From Coniocarpon cinnabarinum (lineage: Eukaryota): DNA of 64,000 nucleotides. The notes under the pieces were generated by a model. The model saw nothing but the letters and a program-made list of their open reading frames with translations, was not told where the DNA came from and did not search any database. Made by a program: the position numbers and the translations under genes. Every line of letters starts with the position of its first letter. Within the stretch, counting starts at the first letter, position 1. The stretch lies in assembly GCA_051942205.1 (NCBI GenBank), contig JAVECO010000121.1, positions 1 through 64,000 on the forward strand. Direction: 5' to 3'. Shown in pieces: positions 23,722 to 35,282 of this stretch.

Positions 23722-26700
23722 ATGCACACTCCGTACACACCTTCTCAAAGGCAGCCCACGTCCGGCCAGACTTATATCCCTCCCCCGCCACCACCTCCGC
23801 AACCTGTTCATCCTCAGAATTATCCTCCTACGCTTCCACCTCCACCGCCTCGACCCATCAATTCCAATCCGCGGACTCCGGGCGGCGCAAACCCCAATGA
23901 GGCCTACACTTGGACTGGAGGACCATGGCCTCGACAAATGAATCCGTTTCCGCCTCCACCGCCACCTAAAGAAGGTCAAGTTTCCAGTTCGAGCCATGCG
24001 CAGACGCATACCTACGCCCAGGGACAGGCACAAAACCAGCAACAAGGGGTGGCGACCTACAATCCCGGCGCGTATTACCAGTATCAGAATCAAGGGCATC
24101 ATCCCAATTCTTCGGCTGGGGGTCAGCCCTTGACCACGGCAACATTTGTGCCCGGTCCACTTTCTTGGGGCATTGGTGTGGGCATACCTGGTTATGAAGA
24201 GTATCGTGCTAGCAGCAATTACGACCCGGTAGCTCGCGATGACTCTTTCAACATTGACGTGCCCATGCCTCCTGAAAATGGTCCGCGCTCTCCTATCGCT
24301 ACGAAGGACGAGTTAAATCACCAGGCGCAAAATCGTCCAGCACCGAGCTCGTCAATCACTCAAAATCATCACAGACCGTCGCTCGCGGCCCAATGGTCTC
24401 TGGAACACGTTCTGGCATTGCTCAAAGCCAATGGATTCTCGACCGAATGGCAGGATACGTTTAAGCAGCTTGATCTCCACGGCTCTAAATTTCTCGATTT
24501 AGGTAAATCAAATGCAGGCCGAGGACCGAGCCTCATGTACCAGGCCATCAACCCAAAGCTCTGTGAGATTACAAAGACACGCAACATTGCCTTTGATCAG
24601 CAACAAGCGCGAGAAGAGGGCAGGCGGCTCAGAAAGCTTGTTCGGGGCATCAACCAGAATGGCGGCGTTCCAGCGAGCAGCCCGTACGTGCGACAACGTG
24701 GGTCTACGATTGATCAGTCGTCGTCCACGCCGTCAACGGCGGGCGATGGAGAGAGTCCGGGCAAACAGATGCCATCGATCATGTCGCCTCGGGGGAACTC
24801 GCAGTCGCAGCCTCGCGCTTCTAAACCATCGGCTTTTTCAGCGTCCGATACTGACGCGCCAAACATGGAGCGATCAAGGAGTGCTTTCACCGAATCTGCT
24901 TTGAGAGGACTTGATAGCGCTCCGCGAAAGCAGAGCCCGAGCGGCGCAGCAGTGGAGATGTCAGCGCACAGTCCTACATCAGCAGAAGCACGTGCGAATG
25001 CCAGTAGTCCGCAGCCAAATTCTGCCAAGACCAATTCAGCAGGACGTTATTACAACAACACTAGTAACTCAATCCAGAGAATCACAAGCTCCGAACAGAG
25101 TCTCAACAGCGCCGTGACCAACATGCCTGGTCTGGGCGATGCTGCGAAGATGTCCCTGAGTAACGGTGCAGCGAAGGCCCAGGACAAGAGGCGCCCTTCT
25201 AACGCCGATGTCCACGGTCGCAACAGCAGCGCCGACGGCGCGCACAACGGCAAAGAGCACCGCAACATTATGAGCAAAATCATGAACCGGCGGCGGAAAG
25301 ACGAGCCCGCCACGACTTTCGAGGAAATGATCTTGCCATCCCCTTCGAGTCCAAACGCAATGAAGAGCATATTTCATAGCTCGAATGCAAGCGACTCTTC
25401 ACTTGCACGGCCTCGCAGCGGTCATGACAGGCCCAGCGCATGGGGTCGACTGCATTCTAGGTCCGACGCCAGGCGGAAATTTGTCCTCGTCACGCCAGAT
25501 GCATACAATTACCGACTGATTGATGTGTCTGAAGTCGAAACAGCGGATGCCTTTCGCAGCTTGATGAGATATCACCTTCGGGCTCCTGCGGATGTGACCG
25601 ATATCCCGGTCTTCATAACCTCGCCCGGTCAAAGAGACTTCACCGAGCCGCTGACAGATGCCCAACTCTTGCAGCGTTTGAATGGGGCAGATGCGCAAGC
25701 TACGCTCAAGCTGTTCGCGCGGACACCAGTCAGCCCAACTCCTATTTCTGGACCACAATCTGGGTCCCATTTCCTTCCATCGCCTTCCGCACAACCCGCT
25801 AGTGGAAGATCGATGGATGAGCAATTGCTAAGAGATCTAGCGCCTGCACCCCTTGCGGCGTCCAAAAAAGATGTCGATGACAAGGAAAAGCCGTATCAGG
25901 TTTTGCGGATGACTTCAGGCTCTACTAAGGAGGAGCGTGAAAAGGAGCTTAAGAAGCGCATGGAGGAGGAGCGCGAGGCCGAGCTCAAAAAGCGTGGAGG
26001 TAACGAGCACGATCCAGATCTGAAGAAGCGTCAAGAAGAGTACCGCAAAGATGTTGAACGAAAGCAGCGGGACTATCACGAGAAGAGACGCAGCCGCCTG
26101 ACGCCTACTGGCCGCCAGGAAGTGATCGATTTCGACAAGCGGAGAGAATCCCTCAACGACGAGAAACGCGATTCGCTCGTGCCCTTAAGACAGCCGCCTC
26201 CAGCTCCCCTGGACTCGCATACGCTATTCAAGGCAAATTCGCTGCGGAAGTCCAACAATCCTTCTATAAGACGATCGGCTTCGGAGCGGAGCGATGGCAG
26301 CTCATCTCACAAGTCGTGGGAGTTCATTGATCATGCTGATGACCGAAAGCATTTGCAGCCATCCCATTCAGGGATTGCTGGAGCTCTCGCGAGCGTCGGC
26401 ACTATGCCTGCTGGCTTTGGTGCTCCCAAAGCAACTTCGGATCGTAACAAATCGTGCTCGCGGCCGAGTAGCTCCCGCAACGGAGCTTCCTCCAACGGTG
26501 GTTCGGCCAAGCACAGCCCCAAGGGCTCTCCTCGAAGTCCTGGGTTCACGATGAGCAAAGGCAATGTGCCCTTCCGAATCCCTGATTACGACATCCAGAA
26601 TAGGGTCTCAATGTCTCCGGATGAGGCTGCAGCTGCCATGGTGTCTTACAAGGACGAAAACGAAATGACTGACGCTATTCGTCAGAGCATTTACAGCACC

Positions 26701-28794
26701 TCACCTCATGCCAGGTCGCCTAACAAGCGGCCAATCAGCCTGTACAGACAGTCAACTAACGCCAGCCGTAAATCTTATGGACCTAGTCTGGAGTTTAAAG
26801 AGCATGAGGTGCTCTTTGACAAGCGTTTCACGGCTTCCTCAGCCGAGAGCACCGGTTCGGATAGCGATTCAGATGGTGGCTTGTTTGCCGTACCGCTGTC
26901 AAGTGGTAACAATACTTTGACAAAGACCGAAACAGACTCTGATAGCCAGTCTTCTGCGGTCAATCCCCGTCGGAAGCGGCCATCGCTGTCACTGCGGACA
27001 AATTCGCAACGTCGACAACAGAAGACTGTTTCCTTCATTGGCGAAGGCAGAATTACTGACGATGATGACACCCCTCGAGGCGAGAACCCACCCCAACAAA
27101 CGTCGAGCGATTTTCCACCAGATTCTGCTCAAGTCTCCGCTTATACTCCAGAATCGCCGGACGAGACGTCCAAGGAGTTCCGACGTCGCTCCTTCTACAG
27201 TGATGTCTGGGCAGATCGTCCAGCGGTCGAGACTGTCGCAGAGCGACTTGATGAATTCTTCCCTAATGTGGACCTTGACCAGCCCATGCTTGATCCTGGT
27301 GAGACGACACCACCTGATTCACCGGTAACACTGCGTAAAGCTGCGCAGCAAAAGTCGCAAGAAGCGTTGCGGACAACTTATCTTTCGTCTACCGATGACT
27401 CTGACGATGACGCCGACTCAGATACCAATCACAAGCCACCCCATCGTCAACCAGAGAAGCACCATGGATCTTCTCATTCCGTTGCACAACGGCAAATGCG
27501 CCGCGCAAGTGGCATTAGCCGCACCAAGTCCATCCGCGACGTCGTCAAATCTGTCTACATTCCATCTCATGAAGCCTTGCCCCCTATGCCAGCTCCGAAA
27601 AGTCATGACCCACAGCCAACCTCTCATCCTCGCCCACTCCCAGCGAACAAGTCTCACAATGAGCGCGACAATGCGCCTCCATTGCCCAACAGACTCAGCA
27701 CCCTCCGCAAGAATGAAAACATGATGCGGCGCCGCAGTACGAAGATGTTTGGAGCCCGCATTGAGCAGATCAAACCTCAACGCGGTTCGCGCATCTTGCA
27801 AGGCCTTGAAACGATCCCGCAGGATGTAACTATGCCTGCGCAAGACAACATCAGCACCGTGCCACCGAGCACCAGTAATAACACCGCAAGCTCTCTTAAA
27901 CGGCAGGCGACCTTCAAATGGCTGAAAGGTCAACTCATTGGCAAAGGCACGTTTGGGAAGGTCTACCTCGGATTCAACACCACCACCGCCGAGCTGATGG
28001 CTGTCAAGCAAGTCGAGGTGGACGCTCGCAAGGCTGGGTCTGACAAGGATAAGATCAAAGACATGGTCAAGGCGCTCGACCAGGAAATCGATACCATGCA
28101 GAACCTCGAACACGAAAACATCGTGGCTTATCTGGGCTGCGAGCGCGAGGAGTTCAAGATTTCCATCTTCCTGGAGTACATCGACGGTGGCTCGATTGGC
28201 TCCTGCCTCCGGAAACACGGCAAGTTCGAAGAGCCCGTTGTCAGCTCGCTCACACGCCAGACGCTGCAGGGTCTTGCCTATCTGCATGATTCGGGAATTT
28301 TGCACCGCGACCTCAAAGCCGACAATATCTTGCTGACAAGCGACGGCATCTGCAAAATCTCCGACTTTGGCATCTCCAAAAAGAGCGACAATATCTATGG
28401 CGACGACGCGCAGAACACAATGCAAGGGTCCGTCTTCTGGATGGCGCCCGAGGTCGTCCGTTCGCAAGGCGCCGGCTACAGCGCTAAAGTCGATATCTGG
28501 TCACTTGGGTGCGTCGTCCTTGAGATGTTCGCGGGTCGTCGCCCCTGGGCGAAAGACGAAGCGATCGGTGCAATCTACAAACTCGGAACCCTCAATCAGG
28601 CGCCGCCGATTCCTGACGATGTCAGTAAGGCGATTGGACCGGGCGCGATTGGGTTCATGCTCGATTGCTTTACGATTGATCCACGGGATCGGCCGCAGGC
28701 TGCTAGACTGCTGGAGCATGAGTTTTGTCGGGGTTGGCAGAATTTCAGCTTTTTTGATAGTGAGCTTTATCAGAAGATCAAACCGCCGACGTAG
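23722..28794 (+). CDS. BCK1: Cell wall integrity MAP kinase kinase kinase (Bck1/Mkh1), 1690 aa, intronless
   Basis: C-terminal STE11-family kinase: WLKGQLIGKGTFGKVY, AVKQV, HRDLKADN, DFGISK, MQGSVFWMAPE, YSAKVDIWSLGC. N-terminal SAM-like segment WSLEHVLALL and the Bck1-type WAxRP...LDEFFPNVDLD motif. Confidence 0.95.
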   Translation: MHTPYTPSQRQPTSGQTYIPPPPPPPQPVHPQNYPPTLPPPPPRPINSNPRTPGGANPNEAYTWTGGPWPRQMNPFPPPPPPKEGQVSSSSHAQTHTYAQGQAQNQQQGVATYNPGAYYQYQNQGHHPNSSAGGQPLTTATFVPGPLSWGIGVGIPGYEEYRASSNYDPVARDDSFNIDVPMPPENGPRSPIATKDELNHQAQNRPAPSSSITQNHHRPSLAAQWSLEHVLALLKANGFSTEWQDTFKQLDLHGSKFLDLGKSNAGRGPSLMYQAINPKLCEITKTRNIAFDQQQAREEGRRLRKLVRGINQNGGVPASSPYVRQRGSTIDQSSSTPSTAGDGESPGKQMPSIMSPRGNSQSQPRASKPSAFSASDTDAPNMERSRSAFTESALRGLDSAPRKQSPSGAAVEMSAHSPTSAEARANASSPQPNSAKTNSAGRYYNNTSNSIQRITSSEQSLNSAVTNMPGLGDAAKMSLSNGAAKAQDKRRPSNADVHGRNSSADGAHNGKEHRNIMSKIMNRRRKDEPATTFEEMILPSPSSPNAMKSIFHSSNASDSSLARPRSGHDRPSAWGRLHSRSDARRKFVLVTPDAYNYRLIDVSEVETADAFRSLMRYHLRAPADVTDIPVFITSPGQRDFTEPLTDAQLLQRLNGADAQATLKLFARTPVSPTPISGPQSGSHFLPSPSAQPASGRSMDEQLLRDLAPAPLAASKKDVDDKEKPYQVLRMTSGSTKEEREKELKKRMEEEREAELKKRGGNEHDPDLKKRQEEYRKDVERKQRDYHEKRRSRLTPTGRQEVIDFDKRRESLNDEKRDSLVPLRQPPPAPLDSHTLFKANSLRKSNNPSIRRSASERSDGSSSHKSWEFIDHADDRKHLQPSHSGIAGALASVGTMPAGFGAPKATSDRNKSCSRPSSSRNGASSNGGSAKHSPKGSPRSPGFTMSKGNVPFRIPDYDIQNRVSMSPDEAAAAMVSYKDENEMTDAIRQSIYSTSPHARSPNKRPISLYRQSTNASRKSYGPSLEFKEHEVLFDKRFTASSAESTGSDSDSDGGLFAVPLSSGNNTLTKTETDSDSQSSAVNPRRKRPSLSLRTNSQRRQQKTVSFIGEGRITDDDDTPRGENPPQQTSSDFPPDSAQVSAYTPESPDETSKEFRRRSFYSDVWADRPAVETVAERLDEFFPNVDLDQPMLDPGETTPPDSPVTLRKAAQQKSQEALRTTYLSSTDDSDDDADSDTNHKPPHRQPEKHHGSSHSVAQRQMRRASGISRTKSIRDVVKSVYIPSHEALPPMPAPKSHDPQPTSHPRPLPANKSHNERDNAPPLPNRLSTLRKNENMMRRRSTKMFGARIEQIKPQRGSRILQGLETIPQDVTMPAQDNISTVPPSTSNNTASSLKRQATFKWLKGQLIGKGTFGKVYLGFNTTTAELMAVKQVEVDARKAGSDKDKIKDMVKALDQEIDTMQNLEHENIVAYLGCEREEFKISIFLEYIDGGSIGSCLRKHGKFEEPVVSSLTRQTLQGLAYLHDSGILHRDLKADNILLTSDGICKISDFGISKKSDNIYGDDAQNTMQGSVFWMAPEVVRSQGAGYSAKVDIWSLGCVVLEMFAGRRPWAKDEAIGAIYKLGTLNQAPPIPDDVSKAIGPGAIGFMLDCFTIDPRDRPQAARLLEHEFCRGWQNFSFFDSELYQKIKPPT

Positions 28795-29716
28795 GATCGG
28801 TTGTACTGTCGACAGTCCGAATGTGTAGTGGAGTCGTAACTGCAAGTGAGGATGAAGGACATCGCTGTGAGATGAGCAAGGATGTCTGAGAGGGTATCGT
28901 TCAGAGCATGTGCTTCCTTTGTCATTGGTATGAGTCGTCGCGTTACAGGATGGAAGGGCAGTTTCGCAATGTCAGCGCTTGCAGAGATGGTCATGAATAG
29001 ACGTTTCCCTAACTCCGCGTAAGCTCTTCTTCTTGGCCTTCTTCTCTGTGGCTTACTCTTTCTCTTCAAAGAACTCCTGGCAGCGAGGCTGGTTGTGACA
29101 CTACTTCCGCTACGTTGCAGCACAACTCTGCTCGGACAAGGAAAGGTTACGAGTCGAAAAGATAGGGCCAAGAAAAATTGGAGATGCATGCTTTCGTAAA
29201 CAGAGCTTGTGAGGGCTGTCAAAATGTGGGACGATATCAATGGTGGCTGTTTCTGTTGTGGCGACAAAGCAGACATGAGAGTGAGTGAGCGGTCACGTCG
29301 GTGTTCCAAGCTGCAAGGCAATGATAACAGCTTTGTTTCGTCCGTAGTACAGTCTGGCATACTCTAATCTCGCATGAATCTTGGTTTTCGGCATCATCAT
29401 CATCATCGGCTGCATCAGATCATCGCGATAGCGATACGCGTCGCTTTATACACGAGCAGCCTCGGTGACATCTGAGACTCGGCCGTCACAAGGAGTACCA
29501 GACGTCGTGCTTGCCAAAGACAGCTGGCATCTGACATGCGTAGAGCCTGCAAGCTGGCAGATTCCCACCTCTGGGCTCTTGACCTCAGAGTTTTGTTCGA
29601 CGAGGAACGTAGGGTGGAAATCATCGTGGCTTGGGTGTTTTCTCTGTGATTCGTGCGGTTGGTTTAATTTTTCGCTACAAGTTAGCCGTTCGCCTCGACC
29701 TCTGGAAAGCTGTGAC

Positions 29717-30833
29717 TTACCCCGGTGAGCGTCGCCCATACGTGTCGTTTTTCCAAGAACGAGGGAAGATGTTGTAGCCGGCTGCTCGCGATCTCAGAGC
29801 CTTGCACAAGTCCAAGCATGGTGACCAGAACGTCGGCAAACAAGCGATCATCAAGCCGGTAAGAGATTCCAGAGCTGCCCAGAGTGCTACTGCTGAGCCC
29901 GAGAAAGCCTTGACAGTGTTAGGTATTCTTTCATAAAGTAAACGCGTGGAAGTGCAGCTTACCGATATCGCCTTGAAGACCGAGCATACACCTAGCACAC
30001 ATTTTAATGGGGCTCAGTAACCCACTTTATATGTGGAACTCACCTGGAAAAATGCCCAGGCTGAGCACGCAGCACAAAGCTATGTGAGTTGTGCGATTGA
30101 TCTGGAGCTTGAAGATCACAAAGCTCGGAACGATGGCACAAAAGAAGTCAGTAAGACAGCACACGACTTCGAGATCCTCGCGTTAGCTCATCCGATCGCG
30201 TCAAGCAGGTGTCTATACGCACTGCCGTAGACTGCACATATCCACTTTGCCTGCAGTGGAGTCGCACATCTCCCGGGCAGAGCTCGATTCCACGCTTTCT
30301 CGAGCGGAATGCACTCCAGCACCTGGAAAAGAAATGTCGCGAGACCGTTCAAGACCAGTACGGTCATCACTATCCAGACAAAGATGTGAAGGACGGGGTA
30401 TGTCCTTGCAATGAGCCTCAGTATCGCTAGACATACGGATAGCTTGATGAGAACGGGTGATATAATGATCGCGATACTGTAGGATTTCATCCATTTCATT
30501 ACTTCTGTGTATTGGTACGGCTTGGCGTCATGCTTGTCCAGCTCGAGTCCATGGTAAGTACCAACAGTGTTGAAAACCACGAATAGAACATTGGTAATCT
30601 GTGCAGAGTGGTTTAAGCAGTGAACAAAGTCAAGCGCGGGGATATTAGCCGCTTACTAGCCCAAGTGCGATGAGCCAATCATCCCAGCCGAGATTCTTGC
30701 GTATGAATTTCCGGATGTAAAGACGACCTGCAACAAAGACAATGTTGAAGGACAAGAGTGTCCACAAGATGCTGAGCTGGTGTTCCTCTTCATCTATGAC
30801 TTGTGACACAGGCTGCGGTGCCGGGAAGCTCAT
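29717..30833 (-). CDS. PTH11-like / fungal rhodopsin-domain integral membrane protein (no CFEM); multi-exon, 3' end uncertain
   Basis: RLYIRKFIRKNLGWDDWLI, LIKLSVCLAILRL, QVLECIPLEKAWN...GRC, spliced TDFFCAIVP..IFKLQI, and LWAALE..GLMIACLP. Confidence 0.82.
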
Positions 30834-32391
30834 TGCTTTTAGTAAGAACGGCTCTGATCAGTTGAAACATGGATGCAGGAGCAGTTCCTGCAAATCACGG
30901 AAAATGCTTTTGAGCAGCTCAGGATCCTGCTGAATTAATATAACATCTGAGTTCCGGCACTTGAGAAGCAGGTTCCGCTCGTCTCAAAATCCGCAGTACA
31001 CTGACTCAGGACCGCGAACAAGATAAGAGGCCGACGTCCCCGGCGAAGGTGCAGGATCGCATGTATCCGAGCTAGAACGGCAGCGTCTCATGCCACGAGT
31101 TTAGAAGCTACATTGAATCCTTCCAGAACGATAATCTTCAATTTTATTACTGACTGAACGCTCAGGCTTCAGCCAGATCCGTATTTCAAGCCGTTTGCTA
31201 CCGATGAGCTTGATGAAGTGCGTCGCATTTGACGGGTAGAACTCCTGTGACATGCGACGAACTTTTTGTGCCAACGTCGAAGAGACGAATAACGCGACTT
31301 GTGGGGAACGAAGAGCAAGTACTTACGTAGGCTTAGAGCTTGAGACGACAAGGCAAATTCGAGGCAGATTTTGAGTCCTCGCATTAGAGCAATGGGGAAT
31401 GGTTGAAACCTGTCCTTGCAACTCAACGGCGAGCAAACGACCTGCTGTGTCTGGTGAAGCCAGACGGATGGGCTCGATCTGTAAGCTGACTTGCGGTAAG
31501 AAATTTACTCGTTTCATTTCGCGAACTGACATTAACGAATTATTTGGCGAATAGCATGCTTGGAATTAGTGTGCTGTGTGGTCCATCTGCATTTGCATCA
31601 TGCATCATGCGAGGCAAAGCAGCCTCGCAAGTGACAGCGGCAGAGCTTGCTTGCATCTCCGTTGCGTGCCTGACCGAGGATAGCACCCAGTCAGATACGC
31701 CGCACTCGCAGCTGCTCTGCCGTCTCACCTCTCATTTCACGACTTACTTGTCACCAAACCTGCAGCATGCTTTTGATGCGTGCAGTACAGTCTGAAGTAG
31801 ATTGTAATTTTGTATAGAGAGACAGAAACAAGAGAGATAATGTGCGGAAATAAGACACACTCCTTCCCAAAGAGAAGATCTCGCCATCATTAACGATTAC
31901 GTGACCATGTACTAAGCACTCAAGAACCTGGTTGGTTTTTTTGCTCAGCACATCTTGATATCGATCGATAATGTACACCTGACTAGCGACTCGTTTAGTG
32001 ATATTCTGCATGACTCAAAGATCCCGTGAATGTACCATCGTGCAAGGCTGTGATACACCAGCGATGATCAAGATTCGATACCCTAATTTTGCCCACTTTC
32101 ATGAGGACAAAGTTCCTGCATGAAGACTGCCGTAAGACAAACAACGCTTCCAGCTGCAAGCTTAACGACAATGTATGAGATAGCGCTATTTTAAGACACT
32201 TTCTGGAACTAAATAATGAACTGTGAAATCCTAATTTGGTAATCCATGGAGAAAAGTGTCACTTACGTACCGTATTAAGACGACACAATGTATTTCAGTC
32301 ATTCATTCATCGAAAGGTCATGGGCGGTGACTGTCGGCGAACTTCAGCAGTGTATCAATACCTCGATTAATATGTTCATCTCGATCTGCCA

Positions 32392-34767
32392 TCATGCAAC
32401 CTTCTCACCCTTCACATTCACCATTTCCACCCCAGAGCCAGTCCCACTTACTTTTGCACTCGTCACGACACCGTCTTCATCCCAGCCGAAATCTACAGAC
32501 CCTCCGCCCCTAACTCTCAACCCTCTCACACTTCCTCCAGCCCACCCCCTGGGAATCGCTGGGCCCAGGACTACTATCCTCGTTCCCTCACTCCCGTAAG
32601 GCATTGGCAAGTCCCGAACGAGCATACTCAGCATGGCAGCTGTAATGCCGTAATTTGCATCCACCTGAAACGGCGGGTTCCGCGCGCTGTACATGCTCAA
32701 GCCGTTGCCTACAGCGAAATTGCGTTCAATAGCATATTTGACCTCGAAGTATGCTTCGTCTGTGTTGTTGAGACCGGCCCAACAGGCTGCACGCCAGACT
32801 TTCTCCCATCCTGAATCAGCGTCAGGGCCGGTGCCATTGCCACGACTGCGGAGTGTTGTTTCGATGGCGGCGGTGATCGATTGATTTACGCCATCGGCTG
32901 TGCCGGCAATGGAGTAGCCGGGGTACCAGCCCACGAGGTGAGAAAGGTGGCGGTGAGTGTCATTTTGCATGTCGAACGTGGGAATCTTCCACTCTTGAAG
33001 CTCGCCCCAAGAACCCACACGCACGCCACGGTCGATCATCGCGTGTGTGCTTTCAACTGCCGAGCGGAAGGACGAATCAGAGTCACCAGTGTCAGCCCAA
33101 GTCGCAAGGATCGAGTCGAAGAGCTCCCACACGACTTGCTGGTAGTGCGCACAACCAAAAGTAACAGGGCCGTGTTCAGGGCTATTGCAGGGAGCAGCGA
33201 CAAGAGTGTTGTCATTGAAATAAGTGTCCTTTTGGAGGTATTCGAGCCAGAAAAGTGCAATCGACTTGAGGAGAGGATAGCCTTGCGACTGATACCACGT
33301 CGTGTTGCCATAGTAAGAGTAATACGACGTGACTTGCTGCGCCATCCATGCCGCACCAGCTTGGTAGTCGGCCCAGATCTCACCACCAGCGCCACCATCT
33401 TCCATGCCCGTATAGCCGAACGTGTCAACTTGACCATGCGTGACGAAGCCTCCATTAGTGACATTGTAGAGCTGTTCTGCCGTGCGCTGACCGTAGCCGG
33501 GCCAGGTGTTGGACATGTAGTCGAACAGTGGGCTTTGAATGTCAAAGGCGAGACCTGTGGGTGAGGCAAGCCAGTAATTCATCTGGAGGTTGATATCGAC
33601 GTGATAATCACCGCTCCAGGCAGGATACTGATCGACAGCCCAACGACCGTTGAGATTTGCTGGCAGTGAGCCGGTGCGAGAGGATGTAATGAGTAAGTAG
33701 CGGCCGTAGTCGAAAAGCAGGGATTCGACGTACGCATCACCAACCGTGTGAACATAGGACGAAAGAAGTGAAGACGTCTCAACAGAAGAAGAGTTGCTGG
33801 GATCAGGAAGATCAAGCTGGAATGCGTCAGACAGGGATTTGAAATCAGAAGTGTGGCTCGACAAGAGATCCGCAAAAGACTTCTGTGAGGCAGCTGACGT
33901 GATAGCCTCAACATATGGACTTGGATCTGCTCCCTGGAAAGAGTAGTTACGGGCCGCATCTCCAGCTGTTTGGTCATAGTTTGTGCCGGCAGCAAGGATG
34001 ACAGTGACCCTCTGAGTCGTGTTGGCAGGTAGGGTCAGCGAGTTTTGCTGGCAAGTTGCTTGGTCATTGACTCCTCCCTCAGACAGTACACGCGCAATGC
34101 TATCAAAACTCATGCCAGGCTTGGTCAGCGTGCCCTGGAAACGAATGGCGTCGCTGGCACATGCGTAGTTCAGAGTCGTGGCAGAAGAGTTGAGATACAT
34201 GTTTTGAAACGCAAAAGAGATCTCTGGCAGTGTAGCAGACGAGTTGATGCTGTAGACGCAGACCTCATCCGGATAATTACAGAAGACTGTAGTCTGATAA
34301 GAGTCGCCGCCGCTCTCAAACTGCACTGTATGGGTAGCAGAATCCAAGTCCAGCATCCTTTGGTAGTTTTCGTACGTCTCTACACCATTCAGAGCTACGG
34401 TCAAATTGGCGAGCGGGGTGTAAGAGCCATAAGAATTCCCACCATCCGTCCACAATGCAGTGATGTTTCCTTGTCCAGTTGTGAAGATGTCCCTTCTGAT
34501 ATCGGGAAGAGCATTATGTACTGGTCGATTCGGGTTGCCACCGTTATAGGTGAGATTTTGAAACGGACCTCCCGTCCATAGGCTGTCAACGTTGATGTTC
34601 ACGACATCATGAGCTGGAGATCCCGCAGGAAGGGCGCTGAGGTACCCGTTGCCTAGCGGATATGCTTCTTGAATCAATACATCTTGATCTGCAGGCCTTG
34701 TTGACCAGAAACTCTTCGCGTAGCCATTTGCAGACCATACTAGGATCGTTGAGAGGAATGAATGCAT
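32392..34767 (-). CDS. Secreted glycoside hydrolase family 95 (alpha-L-fucosidase-like)
   Basis: Short hydrophobic N-terminus. Motifs YPLGNG, NVDSLWTGGP, FDYGRYLLITSSR, PANLNGRW, DYHVDINLQMNYW, NSPEH, HRHLSHL and PFQVDANYG. Confidence 0.95.
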   Translation of the reverse strand: MHSFLSTILVWSANGYAKSFWSTRPADQDVLIQEAYPLGNGYLSALPAGSPAHDVVNINVDSLWTGGPFQNLTYNGGNPNRPVHNALPDIRRDIFTTGQGNITALWTDGGNSYGSYTPLANLTVALNGVETYENYQRMLDLDSATHTVQFESGGDSYQTTVFCNYPDEVCVYSINSSATLPEISFAFQNMYLNSSATTLNYACASDAIRFQGTLTKPGMSFDSIARVLSEGGVNDQATCQQNSLTLPANTTQRVTVILAAGTNYDQTAGDAARNYSFQGADPSPYVEAITSAASQKSFADLLSSHTSDFKSLSDAFQLDLPDPSNSSSVETSSLLSSYVHTVGDAYVESLLFDYGRYLLITSSRTGSLPANLNGRWAVDQYPAWSGDYHVDINLQMNYWLASPTGLAFDIQSPLFDYMSNTWPGYGQRTAEQLYNVTNGGFVTHGQVDTFGYTGMEDGGAGGEIWADYQAGAAWMAQQVTSYYSYYGNTTWYQSQGYPLLKSIALFWLEYLQKDTYFNDNTLVAAPCNSPEHGPVTFGCAHYQQVVWELFDSILATWADTGDSDSSFRSAVESTHAMIDRGVRVGSWGELQEWKIPTFDMQNDTHRHLSHLVGWYPGYSIAGTADGVNQSITAAIETTLRSRGNGTGPDADSGWEKVWRAACWAGLNNTDEAYFEVKYAIERNFAVGNGLSMYSARNPPFQVDANYGITAAMLSMLVRDLPMPYGSEGTRIVVLGPAIPRGWAGGSVRGLRVRGGGSVDFGWDEDGVVTSAKVSGTGSGVEMVNVKGEKVA

Positions 34768-35282
34768 TCCTCCAGGTGATTCTGGCTATGATGAGTCGTG
34801 GAGTGCACGAGTGCGCAGCTCTGAAATTTGATAGCCTCGCCCTACACCCAAAGGTAGCATGATGGCTGCCCTCCACGGTGCTCTCCACATGTGCCCTGTC
34901 TAGCGGTGCGGTGGGGATCCCGGTCATCATCGCTGTAGGAAAATCACTAGCCTCATTGACTGGTCTCCATCGCTGTATGGCGACACGGGCGATCGTCAAA
35001 TACAAGGTTCGACTAGTCAAGCCTCTTCCCCATATAGCAGCTGTTATCGGCGCAACGTAAGCCGAGCTGCCTGGACCATTAAGAGTCAAGATGGATACTG
35101 CTCTCAGTAGCAAACATACATTGAATTATCCTTCGGCCTGAAGTGCAGCTAGTGTCGTGAGTCCAGAAGCAGCCGTTGAAAGCGAGTCGTTAACGGCACC
35201 CAAACGCTAGCGCGCTGTAGATTGCAAACACAATGCAGGCAAGGTTGCTGCATTAACATGCCCGAGTATCGACGCCGTTTTG

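Noticed and set aside
27418..28467. 349-aa antisense ORF within BCK1
   Set aside because: Shadow ORF opposite a codon-biased conserved kinase domain; no motif of its own.
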